Shown here piece after piece: positions 1 to 11,313 of a stretch of 64,000 nucleotides of DNA. The notes under the pieces are model-generated. The model ran no database searches, was not told where the DNA came from, and worked only from the letters and a program-made list of their open reading frames with translations. Numbering within the stretch: the stretch's first letter is position 1; each line of letters begins with the position of its first letter. Where the stretch lies: assembly GCA_964252035.1 (NCBI GenBank), contig OZ176207.1. One strand, 5' to 3'. A program made the position numbers and the translations under genes. The stretch is from Podarcis erhardii. Its lineage: Eukaryota.

Positions 1-1314
1 AAAAACTGAAAGGAGCCCATGATTGTACATAAGAAATTGGGCACATAACCCCAAATATCAAATGTTAGCATTGTGGACTGATTAATATTACGCTACTGCC
101 ATGAGAAGCCTCCATAAAATGGAATGAAGCAGTGATTCAGCTGCCTAATACACTTGATTTAATCTTAAAAGTCACATTTATATAGCAATATGGCCTTACA
201 AGACAGAAGCATTTTAGGGGAAGCAGCCCCCAAAATATTTTTATCCCACAGAATATTGTGTTGTTTGGAAAGCTTCCCCACCAGCCTATTTGATTTTAGT
301 GGTGGCTTTCACAATGGCATAATGGCATGGTGGCTAAGCTAACAAAAGGTATTCTGTGCTCTTTTCAACTGTTTAATAATGTATGGTGTTTAGGGATATA
401 TTAATAATATTCTATAGTTCCATTTCTCTGTATACAATCAATGCACAGCCTTTGTCACTGGTGAACTCAATTATGAGAGCCTACCCCAACCCGATCTGTA
501 GTAATAGGAGTAAAATTGAACTGGGAAAAAACCAAGTCAGCACATCTTTAACCAGGTGTTCAAGACTGTATTCTTTGAGACTGAGAATTAGATTATCTTT
601 TGTGGGAAGAGCTGTTTATTGTACCCCACATAGAATTAGTGAAACATTTCTGTCTTCCATCTTTTTTGGGGGGGAATCCCCTGAATATCCTGTTTGAAAA
701 GGCATAGTAAGAAACAGTGGACATAAATAAACAATAAATACAGCATATCTCCCTATGCAAACAAATGAGATTTGTAATAACATAGCCATGGCAATAAAGA
801 ATGTTTACCTCAATTTTATATAGCATAAGCTTATAACGTTTGGGACTTAGAGAATCCCAGATTCATTTCCTCTTACAGTTCCTTGCACCACAATAAAATT
901 GTTCTCTTACAGCTGCCAACGCATCTTCTGCCAATAGCCTTGGGACTTTCTGAGAATCTCCTTGTTTATCCAAGAACAATTATTTTCATCACAGAGAGGC
1001 TACTTTGTATGTCATGTGCAAGGTTCTTAACAGAAATGGGGGCCACTATACAATCTTTATACAGAAAAGTGCTTTGCTCCCCAGTCAGCGTGAGAAAGAA
1101 TCTACACGGGGTTGCCACCTAATCCATAAAAGGGAGAACAAAAATTCAAGGGTTTAACAAGGATGCTGAGCTTAAATGAACAAGCAAGCAAATAAAACTT
1201 GGGTGTGATCCATAACCATTAAAAGTAGTGGGAAATCTGCCATTTATTTCAACGAGACGTTGATTCCATTCCATTCTGAGAAGCAAAACCACCATTGTTG
1301 TGGCCAGTATTAAA

Positions 1315-1655
1315 TAGGAATTGGGAGAAATTCACGTGTTTTTCATTTTAATACAAACAAACCTAATTCACACCCAATATGCGAACCAAAATGCAATCTG
1401 AGTTTTATGTTGCAGTTCCCCAACAAAAAAATGCATACAACAATTTGTGCGTTCAGGAAAAATGCATGAGCAGAATACATTATATTAGTGAATATTGTTT
1501 GGAAAAAATGGATTATGCTGCAAAACTGCATATAAGATACCTAGGAGAAGTATGCATGAAAATGCATACAAATGTTAATGTAGATTATTTTAAAAAAGCA
1601 TAAACCATCATAAACCAATGTGGAAAGGCAATGAATGAAACCAAAATGGGCAGTG
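1315..1655 (+). mobile_element. Old non-autonomous DNA-transposon-like repeat (hAT-like), copy 1
   Basis: The start TAGGAATTGGGAGAAATTC..ATTTTAATACAAACAAACCTAATT aligns with the reverse complement of 49100-49427 (TAGAGATGTGGGTGAAATT..ATTTTAATGCAAACCTACCTAATT). Superfamily inferred only from the TAGGG/TAGAG-type terminus. Confidence 0.45.
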
Positions 1656-1658
1656 TTA

Positions 1659-1894
1659 TGTACTGAAGTTCTCACCCTGGGCCAGCAGGGGGATACTGTA
1701 GATAGTTTTCACTCAGGTCCACGTCAGTTATTTTAGGCGGGAAACCCTGGGTTGTTGTTGCTACAATGTTGACAGCCGGCTGCCTATAAAAGCAGGCCGG
1801 CTGAGCTGTTTGCTGTTCAGTTCTGTCCAGCTTACAAATAAAGAGCTGCTCTGGAGAAATCGATAGGTATATCTCTAATATTAAACAGTTGACA
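1659..1894 (+). mobile_element. Short solo LTR
   Basis: Starts TGTAC; TATAAAAG at 1785-1792; AATAAA at 1837-1842; ends in CA at 1887 or 1894. TSD imperfect (GTTA/GTTG if the end is 1887), so the right boundary is uncertain. Confidence 0.6.
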
Positions 1895-1968
1895 AGGTAG
1901 GAACCATAGAGCGCTCCAACTCTGAGAGCAGAACAAACTGCTATCATGGTCTGTTCATTCATCTAGAG

Positions 1969-2337
1969 CAGACATGTTCAACCGGTCAACTGCGATCGAC
2001 AGGTAGTGATCGTGGTCGATCACCCCTGGTGATCGTGGTCGATCACGGAATTTAAAGAACTGGGGAATTAATGTCTCCACCCTACTGCTCCCCTCTCTCT
2101 GTCCCTCTGTTGCGTCAAGTGGGCAGTGTTTGGCATTTTCTGTTGGTGATTGGGAATACGATGATTGGCTTTAGCGCTGCGTGCGTTTTTTAGCAGTGGA
2201 GTTTTAGGTGAGCGAATCATGTCATTCCCCCTTCAAAGAAGCTCAGTCAACTCTGGTCAATCCTCAATAACAATTGGTAGATCACTGCCAGTTGTTTTTT
2301 TTAATACTGGGAGTAGATCACAGTCTCTTGGGACCTG
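1969..2337. mobile_element. hAT (Charlie-type) MITE
   Basis: 8-bp TSD ATCTAGAG (1961-1968) / ATCTAGAT (2338-2345) fits the NTCTAGAN Charlie target. Left TIR CAGACATGTTCAACC; right end ..GGGACCTG with a partly deleted TIR; GTAGATCAC subterminal motifs. Confidence 0.8.
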
Positions 2338-2686
2338 ATCTAGATAATGGGCAACCCAACCTACAGTTAATTATAATGATAATTGTATTGTTAAAGGTGC
2401 AGTGGTTTTTCTTACATCCAGAACACAATGAACACCCAAATGGGGTGAAGGTTAAAAGCTAAAGGTTTTATTAAATTGCCCAAAGAAAGCTACAAAGCAT
2501 TGTCATGATCTTACACCCCTTCAGTCTTTCATTGCCGAGAACCCAATCAGCCATGGGCATGACTCCTGAAGATAGAGATGCAGCCCTTTCTGCAGTCTAG
2601 ACTCTGCAGAGCTTCTCCCTAACAGAGGTATTCTCTGGGCTTGTATGCCCACACATAAATTCCCACCAAAGGGAAAGATTGGAATT

Positions 2687-3195
2687 GTTGTTGTTGTTGT
2701 TGTTGTTGTTATTTAGTCGTTTAGTCGTGTCCGACTCTTTGTGACCCCATGGACCAGAGCACATCAGGCACTCCTGTCTTCCACTGCCTCCTGCAGTTTG
2801 GTCAAGCTCATGCTGGTAGCTTCAAGAACACTGTCCAACCATCTCATCCTCTGTTGTCCCCTTCTCCTTGTGCCCTCCATCTTTCCCAACATCAGGGTCT
2901 TTTCCAGGGAGACTTCTCTTCTCATGAGGTGGCCAAAGTATTGGAGCCTCAGCGTCACAATCTGTCCTTCCAGTGAGCACTCAGGGCTGATTTCCTTAAG
3001 AATGGATAGGTTTGATCTTCTTGCAGTGGGACTCCTCCAGCACCATAATTCAAAAGCATCAATTCTTTGGCGATGAGCCTTCTTTATGGTCCAGCTCTCA
3101 CTTCCATACATCACTACTGGGAAAACCATAGCTTTAACTATATGGACTTTTGTTGGCAAGGTGATGTCTCTGCTTTTTAGGATGCTGTCTAGGTT
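2687..3195 (-). mobile_element. Bov-B (RTE clade) LINE, 5'-truncated 3' end with (CAA)n tail
   Basis: Minus-strand frame gives LDSILKSRDITLPTKVHIVKAMVFPVVMYGSESWTIKKA..RIDAFELWCWR..LQYFGHLMRR..EKTLMLGK, the Bov-B ORF C-terminus, with a small deletion in the RRLLRVPW segment. TSD AAGATTGGAATT (2675-2686) / AAGATTGGGATT (3196-3207). Confidence 0.95.
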
Positions 3196-4277
3196 AAGAT
3201 TGGGATTACATAAACCAAACCTGGTGCTTGAGTGACACAATGGCTGCTACTCATCATTAGTATTGTCAGCATACTGTCCCCTTGATTTTATTCTTTCATA
3301 TTAAATGAAAAAAATAATTGTCTCCTTTGTCTTTAGTATCTTTGTCACTTTCTTCTGAATCATTATGTATTTGTCAACATGTTTCTTGAATTGAATGGGC
3401 TACGGTGTTCTTTATGAGACCTCGCCACACTGTTATCTCCTGAGTCTCCTCCTTAATCTACCATGGGTTTGATCTCTTATGTATCAAAAGTTTTCCAGGC
3501 AGTTGCTCCAGTCTAGTTATAGCCTATGTGTAGATAATAGAGGATAGGAATATGCTTGGGGTGGCAAATGAAGGCAGCTTAGCTCTGGTTGCCACTACTT
3601 TTTAAGGGAGAGGCATGCTCCACTGTCAGATGCAATATCTCATTGAAACCAGTGATTAAAAGCAGTATAAAAATGTTGCAAATAAATGAATAAGTATCAT
3701 TTTATTTTGATGTTCAGCCGTGCCACCAACATTCCCCACTCCTTAAGGAAATAAAGTTTATGTTCAAAATCCATCAGAAATGAAAAGCAAAAAAGGATTG
3801 TAGGATTTAATTTGGACTGACTTTGCCAGCACTTCTTTCTTTTGATAGACAATTCAGTTTCATGTGCTATCCTTCAGGTGTCTCACTATATGCCACAGGA
3901 AACCAGTCTTGCTCAGGATTTCCCCACCCATCTCTTTAAACTAAAAACAACTGCAATTCACTTTAATCTCTGAAGGCTATCCAAACATTGTGCTGGAAAA
4001 TGGTCTAAACCAAAATAGCTGGCACAATGTGTGTTGACAAGCTTTAAAGGAATTCTGTCAGATTCTATGGAAAAAAATATTGTTTCATCTAACTAGAAAT
4101 CTGTTAGATATAAATAGCTAAGCCATCAACATTCTCATGTGTTAATTAAAAAAAATGTTTTGGGAAGAAAATACAACACTGAATTTATGTGGAGAGTGTC
4201 CCAGAGAATGTTAGGAAGGCAGTAATGCCATTGTCATCAATGCAATTCTTGGGTTCCATTGACTTCAGTGAGATTTA

Positions 4278-4591
4278 GGGCTTATCCACACTTATCTTTC
4301 CACTGCTCTTTCCAGGCATGGTCCACAGTTTAAAGCTCCATGTCCAAGTGCCCCCCCCCCCTTTGCTCCAGAGCTTTCCATCTGAAAACCCACTCTTTAG
4401 AGTTCAATCAGAGTTCAATCAATATGCAGAAAACCCGAATTGATGTTTGCTCCAATTCAGCTTTAAAGAGCGAGTGTTCACAGAGCAAGCTTGAGGCAAA
4501 AAACCCAATGAAACAAAACACAGGCATGAAGTGTTAAAGTGCAGACCCCTGCCTGCAAAGAGCGGGACAAAAGTTAAGTGTGGTTAAGCCC
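4278..4591. mobile_element. PIF/Harbinger-type MITE
   Basis: 16-bp TIRs GGGCTTATCCACACTT / AAGTGTGGTTAAGCCC (15/16 complementary); 3-bp TTA TSD at 4275-4277 and 4592-4594. Confidence 0.85.
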
Positions 4592-5463
4592 TTAGTTGTG
4601 CTTAACGTTCTCTGGATTGTGACTTAAACCCACTCCTATTGCCTCTGCTTGAAATAAGCAACTGGCAAGCGAACTATACAGAAGCAACTTTAACACAGCA
4701 ACATTACTGGAAGGATTAAAGAAAGCCTGGTTGATTGCTGTTTGTAAGTCAAGACAGAAAGAAAAATTGTGGCCGACATATGGGCTGCATTTTCATAAGC
4801 AACAGGTGTGTTTCATTCTGTTGAAGGCAATTGCTGTATCTTTTCTGTTTTCTGGCAGTAACTTATGAAGGATAAGACAATCCCATTTTCTAGCTTTGAA
4901 CTTCATTTTTGCTTGGCAGTCAAAGCTTCTATTCATTTCAGAGATAGTCTGCATTTGCATTACAACCTCTGCTTTTCTTGGAATGTGAGATCACTTCCTG
5001 GCAAAATGACTACATCTTTACTATCTGTGATTGCCTTGTGAATTCTTTTCTAGTGTCATTCACACCAATATATATTTTGCCCTGAGCTTGTTACATAGGT
5101 GAGCTGCAGAGCATTATTAGATAAAACTAACATTTTTAAGCCCTTAAGATTTAGCCACATGTCATACTACTGGATTAAGTGGTTTCTTAATGATGGCAGA
5201 AACCATTAAGGTTCTTATATTTACACTCACAGGAGGGGTTACCCAACAGCTTGCTTCAGGTGGAACTCAGTACATGTCTCAGGACTGCACATGTGAATTT
5301 GCTCTGAGCAATGGTTGCATCATTGTGGTAAGCAGAGAAGGAGCCCCTTTTGTTGCAACCAACTTTGATCCCAGTATGTGACAACGAAACAGCAATTGGT
5401 TGCATCTGCTTAATTACATTCCTTGGAACTCAACACCACAGTCAATGCAAGCAACACCTATAA

Positions 5464-5644
5464 CTTAGGAAGACAGGAAGCTGCCTTATAGTGAATCAGA
5501 CCATTGGCCCATCTACACTGTCTGCACTGATTGGCTCTCCAGGACTTCAGACAAGTTTCTCTCCAAGCCTGGAGATTCCAGAGATTTGTCATGGACCTTC
5601 TGCATACAAAGTAGATGTTCTGCCACTGAACTACAGCCTTTCCT
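5464..5644 (-). mobile_element. tRNA(Ala-like)-headed SINE with CR1-type tail (Squam2-like, name tentative)
   Basis: Reverse complement gives head GGAAAGGCTGTAGTTCAGTGGCAGAACATCTACTTTGTATGCAGAAGGTCC and tail GGGCCAATGGTCTGATTCACTATAAGGCAGCTTCCTG; homologous to 9288-9463 and 36741-36919. Confidence 0.7.
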
Positions 5645-7011
5645 CATTTGGCCATCAACCATCCCTTGTAGGTGACCCACTTATTAAAATAATATTGGAA
5701 TGGTGGAAACATCATTGTTCTTTTGCTTTAGCCCCATGTCATGAAACTTAGTGGATATGACTCAAGATGCCGCATGAAAACTCATCACCTGGGTTTCTTT
5801 GTATGCAATGATATTTAAGTTTAGCTTGGACTTTTCTGAAAGTGTTCTTAAACTCATCTCAAGGTTTACTATATATATAAAAATCCCTATAACTGGGTGC
5901 AGGTCAGTTGTCCCCATCAAATAGATTCCACCCTTTTTTGCCAGTTTTTGGGGACCCCCCCTCCGAAGCTGATCCACACTGCTCTTTTGCAGATGCTCCA
6001 CACAAACTGTGTAGCTGGAAGTGCAAGACAAAGAGGATAAGAAATGTGACTGACTCGTGATATATCCACATATGTCCCTGTTCAGTATTCCTGATGTTTT
6101 TCTGAATAATAAGTGGCATACCAACAAACAGACACTTACCTATCAAAGAAGACATGAAGCCCTGAAAAACTTCATCACATGAAATTGTAACAGGTTTTTG
6201 GCAAGGAAACCAGCAAATCTCTGTGCTTGTCTTTCCTGTGTGCCCATCTGATAAACTATTCCCTACCAGGATTATTACACTGGGTTTTTTGCACTGCACA
6301 CAAGAATTTAGAATAAGGATTGAGTGGAAAAGAATATACATTTTAATGATTTGGTATTCATTGCTCAGTCTATATTGATGCAGAATATAATTAATCTTTT
6401 AGCCTAAAGAGTGGCTTAAAAGTATAATGGATGTGGTAAATGTTATAATCTGAAAAAATATAAATACAAAATTGGAGGATATCTGTCATTGATGTGATTT
6501 ACACTGTGCCTGCAGCTTTGGAAACAAGCATCTATCTAAACAGCCAAAGCCAGAAACTTGCAACTTGCCTAATAATCTACCAGACCGTCCCAGTTATAAT
6601 TAAATACAGTATGATGCACTGAATCATGCTTGACATAAAGATGTTACTTGTTTTTATTCCCTGAAAATTCAGATTGCTTCCATATGAAGCTCTTTCTTTC
6701 TTTGCACTCTTTTTGTCTCTTCACATTAACCAACAAGTAAAATAAATAATGTAATTATTATCATTAAGTATTCTAAAAGTTTGGTTTCTATGCCCTCACT
6801 CCTAATTTTTCTTCTGCTTTCTTTAGTTTCTGCCTGCCTCTCATCCATACAGATCTCTCTTATATCATAGAACACCCGTGAGCCTATTTTCTTAAACCTC
6901 AGCTGAATGACAGTATGTTGAGAAATAGAATTTCAGTTTTCCACTAAGAGGAGAATGCAGTGATGTTCACAACCAAATCCATGGAGTTTCTGCTTGACAC
7001 AGTTCTTCAAT

Positions 7012-7156
7012 GGATCGCTCAGTTGGTTGGAGCATGGTGCTGATAACGCCAGGGCTGCAGGTTTGATCCCCTTGAGGGACAGTTGTATATTCCTGCATGG
7101 GGCTGGACTAGATGATCCTCAGGGTCCTTTCCAAGTCTACAATTCTGTGACTCTGT
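7012..7156 (+). mobile_element. tRNA(Ile)-derived SINE with CR1 3' tail, copy 1
   Basis: Head GGATCGCTCAGTTGGTTGGAGCATGGTGCTGATAACGCC..GGTTTGATCCCC (A and B boxes), then ATTCCTGCATGG..GGACTAGATGATCCTCAGGGTCCTTTCCAAGTCTACAATTCTGTGA, matching the CR1 end at 44478-44553. Confidence 0.85.
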
Positions 7157-7705
7157 TATTCTTATATCCTGCCCCTCGTATAAGGAGAAAAAAGAAATCT
7201 CAATGACCAAATATAAGTTTCCTCACTCCTTCAAACAGCAGCACTTGTAATTTGATAGACAGCAAATTTGCATTTTATACAGGAGCCAACTGCAGAATCA
7301 TAAACTGTTATATTAGAAAGGCTGTAATAGACTCATTGTGCTTCCTTTAAACATTTATTTCACATATTGATAAAAGAGGAAACTAGTCAAACAGGGTCTC
7401 TGAATAAATTTTTTTTTAAAGCAAAATACTAAACTGATCAATGTTTGGCTTTCTAGTATAGCTTTCCACATTCAGTTGTTTCTGCTTTTTTGACCCAATT
7501 TCCTCTGGACAGAAGAGACCATGAAAGTTTTGCTCTAAACATATAGTTCATTTCCCCAATTTGCCCTCTCTTATTATTATTGTACCTTGGCAACAAAGAT
7601 GCATTTAACTCAAAAGCACACCATATTTTAATTACCATTTTAAATCCTTCCCCTGGGTGAGAGTATTACCCAGATGGGAAGTTTCTGAAATCTTTAATAA
7701 AGATT

Positions 7706-7829
7706 CTTACAGCACCTTAAATACTAACAAACGTATTATGGCACAAGCTTTTGTGTATCTGATGAAGTAGATTGTAGCCCACAAACATTTATGCCATAAT
7801 AAATTTGTTAAGTCTTTAAGGTTCCACAA
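7706..7829 (+). mobile_element. Penelope-like element terminal remnant (inverted arms) with decayed hammerhead core
   Basis: About 48-bp imperfect inverted arms (CACCTTAAATACTAACAAACGTATTATGGCAC / ATGCCATAATAAATTTGTTAAGTCTTTAAGGTTCC) flank CTGATGAAGTAGATTGTAGCCCAC; resembles the recalled reptile Penelope terminus CTGATGAAGTGGGCTGTAGCCCACGAAAGCTTATGC. Confidence 0.7.
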
Positions 7830-8146
7830 TTAACAGCTTTTTGAAAATCATTCCAAATGTTTACAAACTGGGGTAAGCAGCAGCAAAAATGGCAAGTCTA
7901 CAGCTTATACTGAATTGGAATGTTTATTTTTAGTAAAATCATAAGAATCTCAGAGTGTATTGAGGAAAAATCATGTTCTTTTTTTCTCCAAAAAGAAAAA
8001 AATGTTGGGATGTTTGCTCTGAATAGATATTTCTTAAAAGGATATCATTGTTCTGAAAAATAATAAAACTACTTGTAAGATAGCTTTAATGAATCAAATA
8101 TGGGACAGAATTTTTATTAGTTCAAATCCATCATGGAAAATAACCT

Positions 8147-8197
8147 AAATTAGTCCAATCTGAAATTAGTCCAATTTGAAATTAGTCCAATCTGAAA
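8147..8197. repeat. 16-bp tandem repeat x3 (AAATTAGTCCAATYTG)
   Basis: Units at 8147, 8163 and 8179, read directly. Confidence 0.95.
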
Positions 8198-9287
8198 CAG
8201 ATTTTTACTGTTTCTGCAATAAATGTGAGTGTTGCATTTGCATTTGCAAATTATTAAGTGACAACAAAGTAACCCTTAAAGAAATGTACCTTCCCGGTTA
8301 GTTATTTTAACCCGTGAGGCCTCCACCGTTCATCCATCTCTTCTTTGAACACTTTTGCTTCTGAACTGAAGCATTTCAAAGGTCAATACAGACATTCATT
8401 CCTACATATGTCTAATCTTGGACATTAGAGCTTTACTTTTACCTCTATCAGAGACGCCTTGGTCAATATCTAGTTAATCTTTACCCTATATAACCTGGTC
8501 CTTGCTTTATGTGAAAAGCAAATGCCAGCAGAACTAATTATAGAATTGAGAGAGTTAAGTGAGCCTCACCCCCACCCCCCATTTTCTTTTAAAAGAGCTG
8601 CAGGGGCTGTTTGCACAGGCTGGAGTCAACCATCAAGGTGACTTTACCTAAGATTTATTTGAAATGCTTTTTTCCAGAGAATAAAGCAATGACAAATTAT
8701 ATGTTTATATACTGAACGGATCTTAAGCTAGCAAGACAGTATCAATCATCCACTATAGTTGTGATGCATTGGTGTCCAGAAACCCAGCTTTTTTTTTATT
8801 TAGGCAGTAATTAGTGCAAAATATCTTTTGATGTCAATTTGAAATTTGCTCTTGCCTATCAAAGTGTGATAGGTTGTTTCAATACACTCCAAGATATGGA
8901 CAGTGCTGTATATGCTGATGGAAAAGTTCAGGCATAGGCCTAATAGCTTTTAATATGAGAAAAAGAGAGCCAATATACTACTGAACATAGCTTGTTAGTG
9001 AGTAACTGAGATGCACAGGTGGAAGGATGACTTCCAGGGTACCTTGAACTTTGGGAAATGCTCTGCGTGTGCAGTAGAAATGCACATAAAAAATATTTCA
9101 AAACAACGATGGCCTAACCACAGCCTTAAGCAGCAGCCAGGGCTCAAATGCAGATGGTGAAGAGCTTCTGTGATCCAACACTTTAGTATTGCCTGCATAG
9201 GTACAGACAACTCCCAAGAACATATGGCAGCCAGGATTCCCTGCTTCATCAATTCTGATTCTAACTTACCGCTTGCTAAGTGAACAT

Positions 9288-9463
9288 CATAGGAACATAG
9301 AAAGCTGATTTAAGCTGAGTCAGACCATTAGGTTCATGTAGCTCAGCATTGTCTACACTGACTGGCAGTACCCCCCCCTCCGCTGGTCTTTCCCAGCCAG
9401 GGATTGAACCTGGGAATATCTAAATCCAAAGCAGATACTGTTCCACTGAACCACGGCCCTTCC
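9288..9463 (-). mobile_element. tRNA(Ala-like)-headed SINE with CR1-type tail (Squam2-like)
   Basis: Reverse complement: GGAAGGGCCGTGGTTCAGTGG..CCCAGGTTCAATCCCTGGC..CCAGTCAGTGTAGACAATGCTGAGCTA..TGGTCTGACTCAGC..CTATGTTCCTATG. Confidence 0.75.
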
Positions 9464-9645
9464 TGCCTCCCTGACCGTTGGTTCTGCCTTCTCCAAGGTA
9501 AGACAATTGAAGAAAGTTGCTCTCATCCACTTAGGTCATGGTGGCGGGGGAATTTTGAGGTGCTTGTGATATACTCCTACCCACATAGACTGTTATTCAC
9601 TTCAGCTGAGAGAAAAGCTCCATGCATACATCACCTTTGCGTGTA

Positions 9646-9684
9646 TAAAGGTAAAGGGACTCCTGATCATTACGTCCGGTCGCA
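9646..9684 (-). mobile_element. Sauria SINE 3' tip
   Basis: AAAGGTAAAGGGACTCCTGATCATTACGTCCGGTCGC matches the tail ends of the copies at 33371 and 37227. Confidence 0.6.
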
Positions 9685-10584
9685 TGTATAGCTGCTCCTT
9701 TATTAAAACAAATGAGGCAAGCTGCATGTGCAGCAATTCAGTCCTTGCTAGGTTAAACAACTGCCATCCTCAGAAGCCTTGGCACTAAGAAACCCCATGG
9801 AAATAAATGGGATGTAAACACATAGTTAAATAACTTGGTCAGCAGACTTTTGGTGTCACTGTTATCCTGGTGTGGTTTGAAAGGATTTGTCAAAACACTT
9901 TTGTGAGCTTTTTCTTTTTTCCTTCTTTTCAACCTCCTGCCCCAGAAGTTGAAGTGGAAGAATGATTTAATAAGGAAAGGATGCTGCGTTGGTAGAACAT
10001 TAGGCTTAGAGCACTTTCTTCCTGCTAGTGTTGTGGACATCTGGAAACATTCCACTGCTTCATTTTATTAGAACATTTAAGTCACCCCATTAAAAAAAAA
10101 AAGGGGGGGGGGGAGAAACAGACAGAGAAACAGACTGAGTGAGTACTATAGATTATTGTTGATAGATCAGTCGCAGATTGCACTGCCCACACTATTGCCA
10201 CACTTAATATGGCTGTTGACTGTCCTGCTTGGAGGGTTTGTGCATCATCTCACAAGAGCAATGAATGACTCATGCCAATATTTTCCTAGTCTTTGTTGTA
10301 GAGAGAGAGCAAACTGATAAGAAACAAAGTACATGTGCCAAGTGGCTCTTTTAATAGCAACAGTTTATTTTTGAGTAAAATGTCCACAGGCCTTGCAAAT
10401 AGAATCTCAGCTGCTTACTCATACTGGCATCATGGGCCCTGTTCACACAAGGACCCCATGTCTATATTCTGCTCATGGCAGGGCACAAAAGCAACCGCCA
10501 ACCTGGTTCAGCATTCCTCACAATGTGTAGAACACGTTGTTTGATGTGAATGGGGCCTGTATTTGCAATGGCTGTGCACAAGTA

Positions 10585-10948
10585 CAGTGGTACCTTGGGT
10601 TAAGACCTTAATTATAATAATAATAATAATAATAATTTATTATTTGTACCCCGCCCATCTGGCTGGGTCCCCCCAGCCACTCTGGGCGGCTTCCATAAAA
10701 ACCAGAAATACACTAAAATATCACAGATTAAAAACTTCCCTGAACAGGGAAGTCCGTTCTTAACCTGAAACTGTTCTTAACCTGAGGTACCACTTTAGCT
10801 AATGGAGCCTCCTGCCGCTCTGCCACCGCACAATTTCTGTTCTCATCCTGAAGCAAAGTTCTTAACCCGAGGTACTATTTCTGGGTTAGCAGAGTCTGTA
10901 ACCTGAAGCGTCTGTAACCTGAAGCGCCTGTAACCCGAGGTACCACTG
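10585..10948. mobile_element. Tc1/mariner (Tigger/pogo-like) MITE, family A copy 1, interrupted by an L2 tail
   Basis: TIRs CAGTGGTACCTTGGGTTA / TAACCCGAGGTACCACTG with TA on both sides; colinear with the copies at 39705, 47953 and 51712 except for a 136-bp insertion at 10614-10749. Confidence 0.9.
10614..10749 (-). mobile_element. L2-clade LINE 3' tail with (ATT)n tail, nested in a MITE
   Basis: (TAA)n then TTTATTATTTGTACCCCGCCCATCTGGCTGGG..GGGCGGCTTCC..AAAAACTTCCCTGAACAGGG, the reverse complement of a lizard L2 3' UTR (recalled consensus). Confidence 0.7.
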
Positions 10949-11273
10949 TATTTCAACTTTTGCACTACACAAATCGTAGCAGCTGCCCTTGCTAATGTAT
11001 GAATAACTGTAACGGTAGCTGTTAAATTGCTGTGCTGTAACTTCAACAATATCAATTAAGAGAAAGCTATTTTGTTCAAAGTAACTATCACTGTTCCTTT
11101 CTCAAGGCTACCACTGCTATTACTAGACAGGCTGCCAGCACTTTAAATAAATAAATAACATCTGTTACTTGGGCAGTTCAAGTGAGAGGCCTATGTAAAG
11201 GTCCTAGAGCATATAAAGTTTATGCTATACAGACTGTCAAATGAATTTATTTAAGCCAAGTTAGTAATGGCAG

Positions 11274-11293
11274 TAGTAGTAGTAGTAGTAGTA
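11274..11293. repeat. (TAG)n microsatellite
   Basis: About 6 GTA units, read directly. Confidence 0.85.
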
Positions 11294-11313
11294 CTGAAAA
11301 GACAGAACATTGA

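Noticed and set aside
2384-3240. Possible minus-strand LTR interrupted by Bov-B (AATGAACAC..TTTTATT motif as at 20740)
   Set aside because: No matching TSD or TATA box found at any TG..CA pair I tried.
6134-6270. Minus-strand exon ending at a perfect ATAG|GTAAGT donor
   Set aside because: No clear acceptor giving a recognisable peptide; an isolated donor is common by chance.
7012-7082. tRNA-Ile gene (also 24910 and 52072)
   Set aside because: Acceptor stems do not pair well, the B box is mutated and each head runs straight into a CR1-type tail; these are SINE heads.
8147-8197. CRISPR-like array (also 30955-31018 and 2006-2046)
   Set aside because: Units are adjacent without unique spacers, there are no cas genes, and the DNA is vertebrate.
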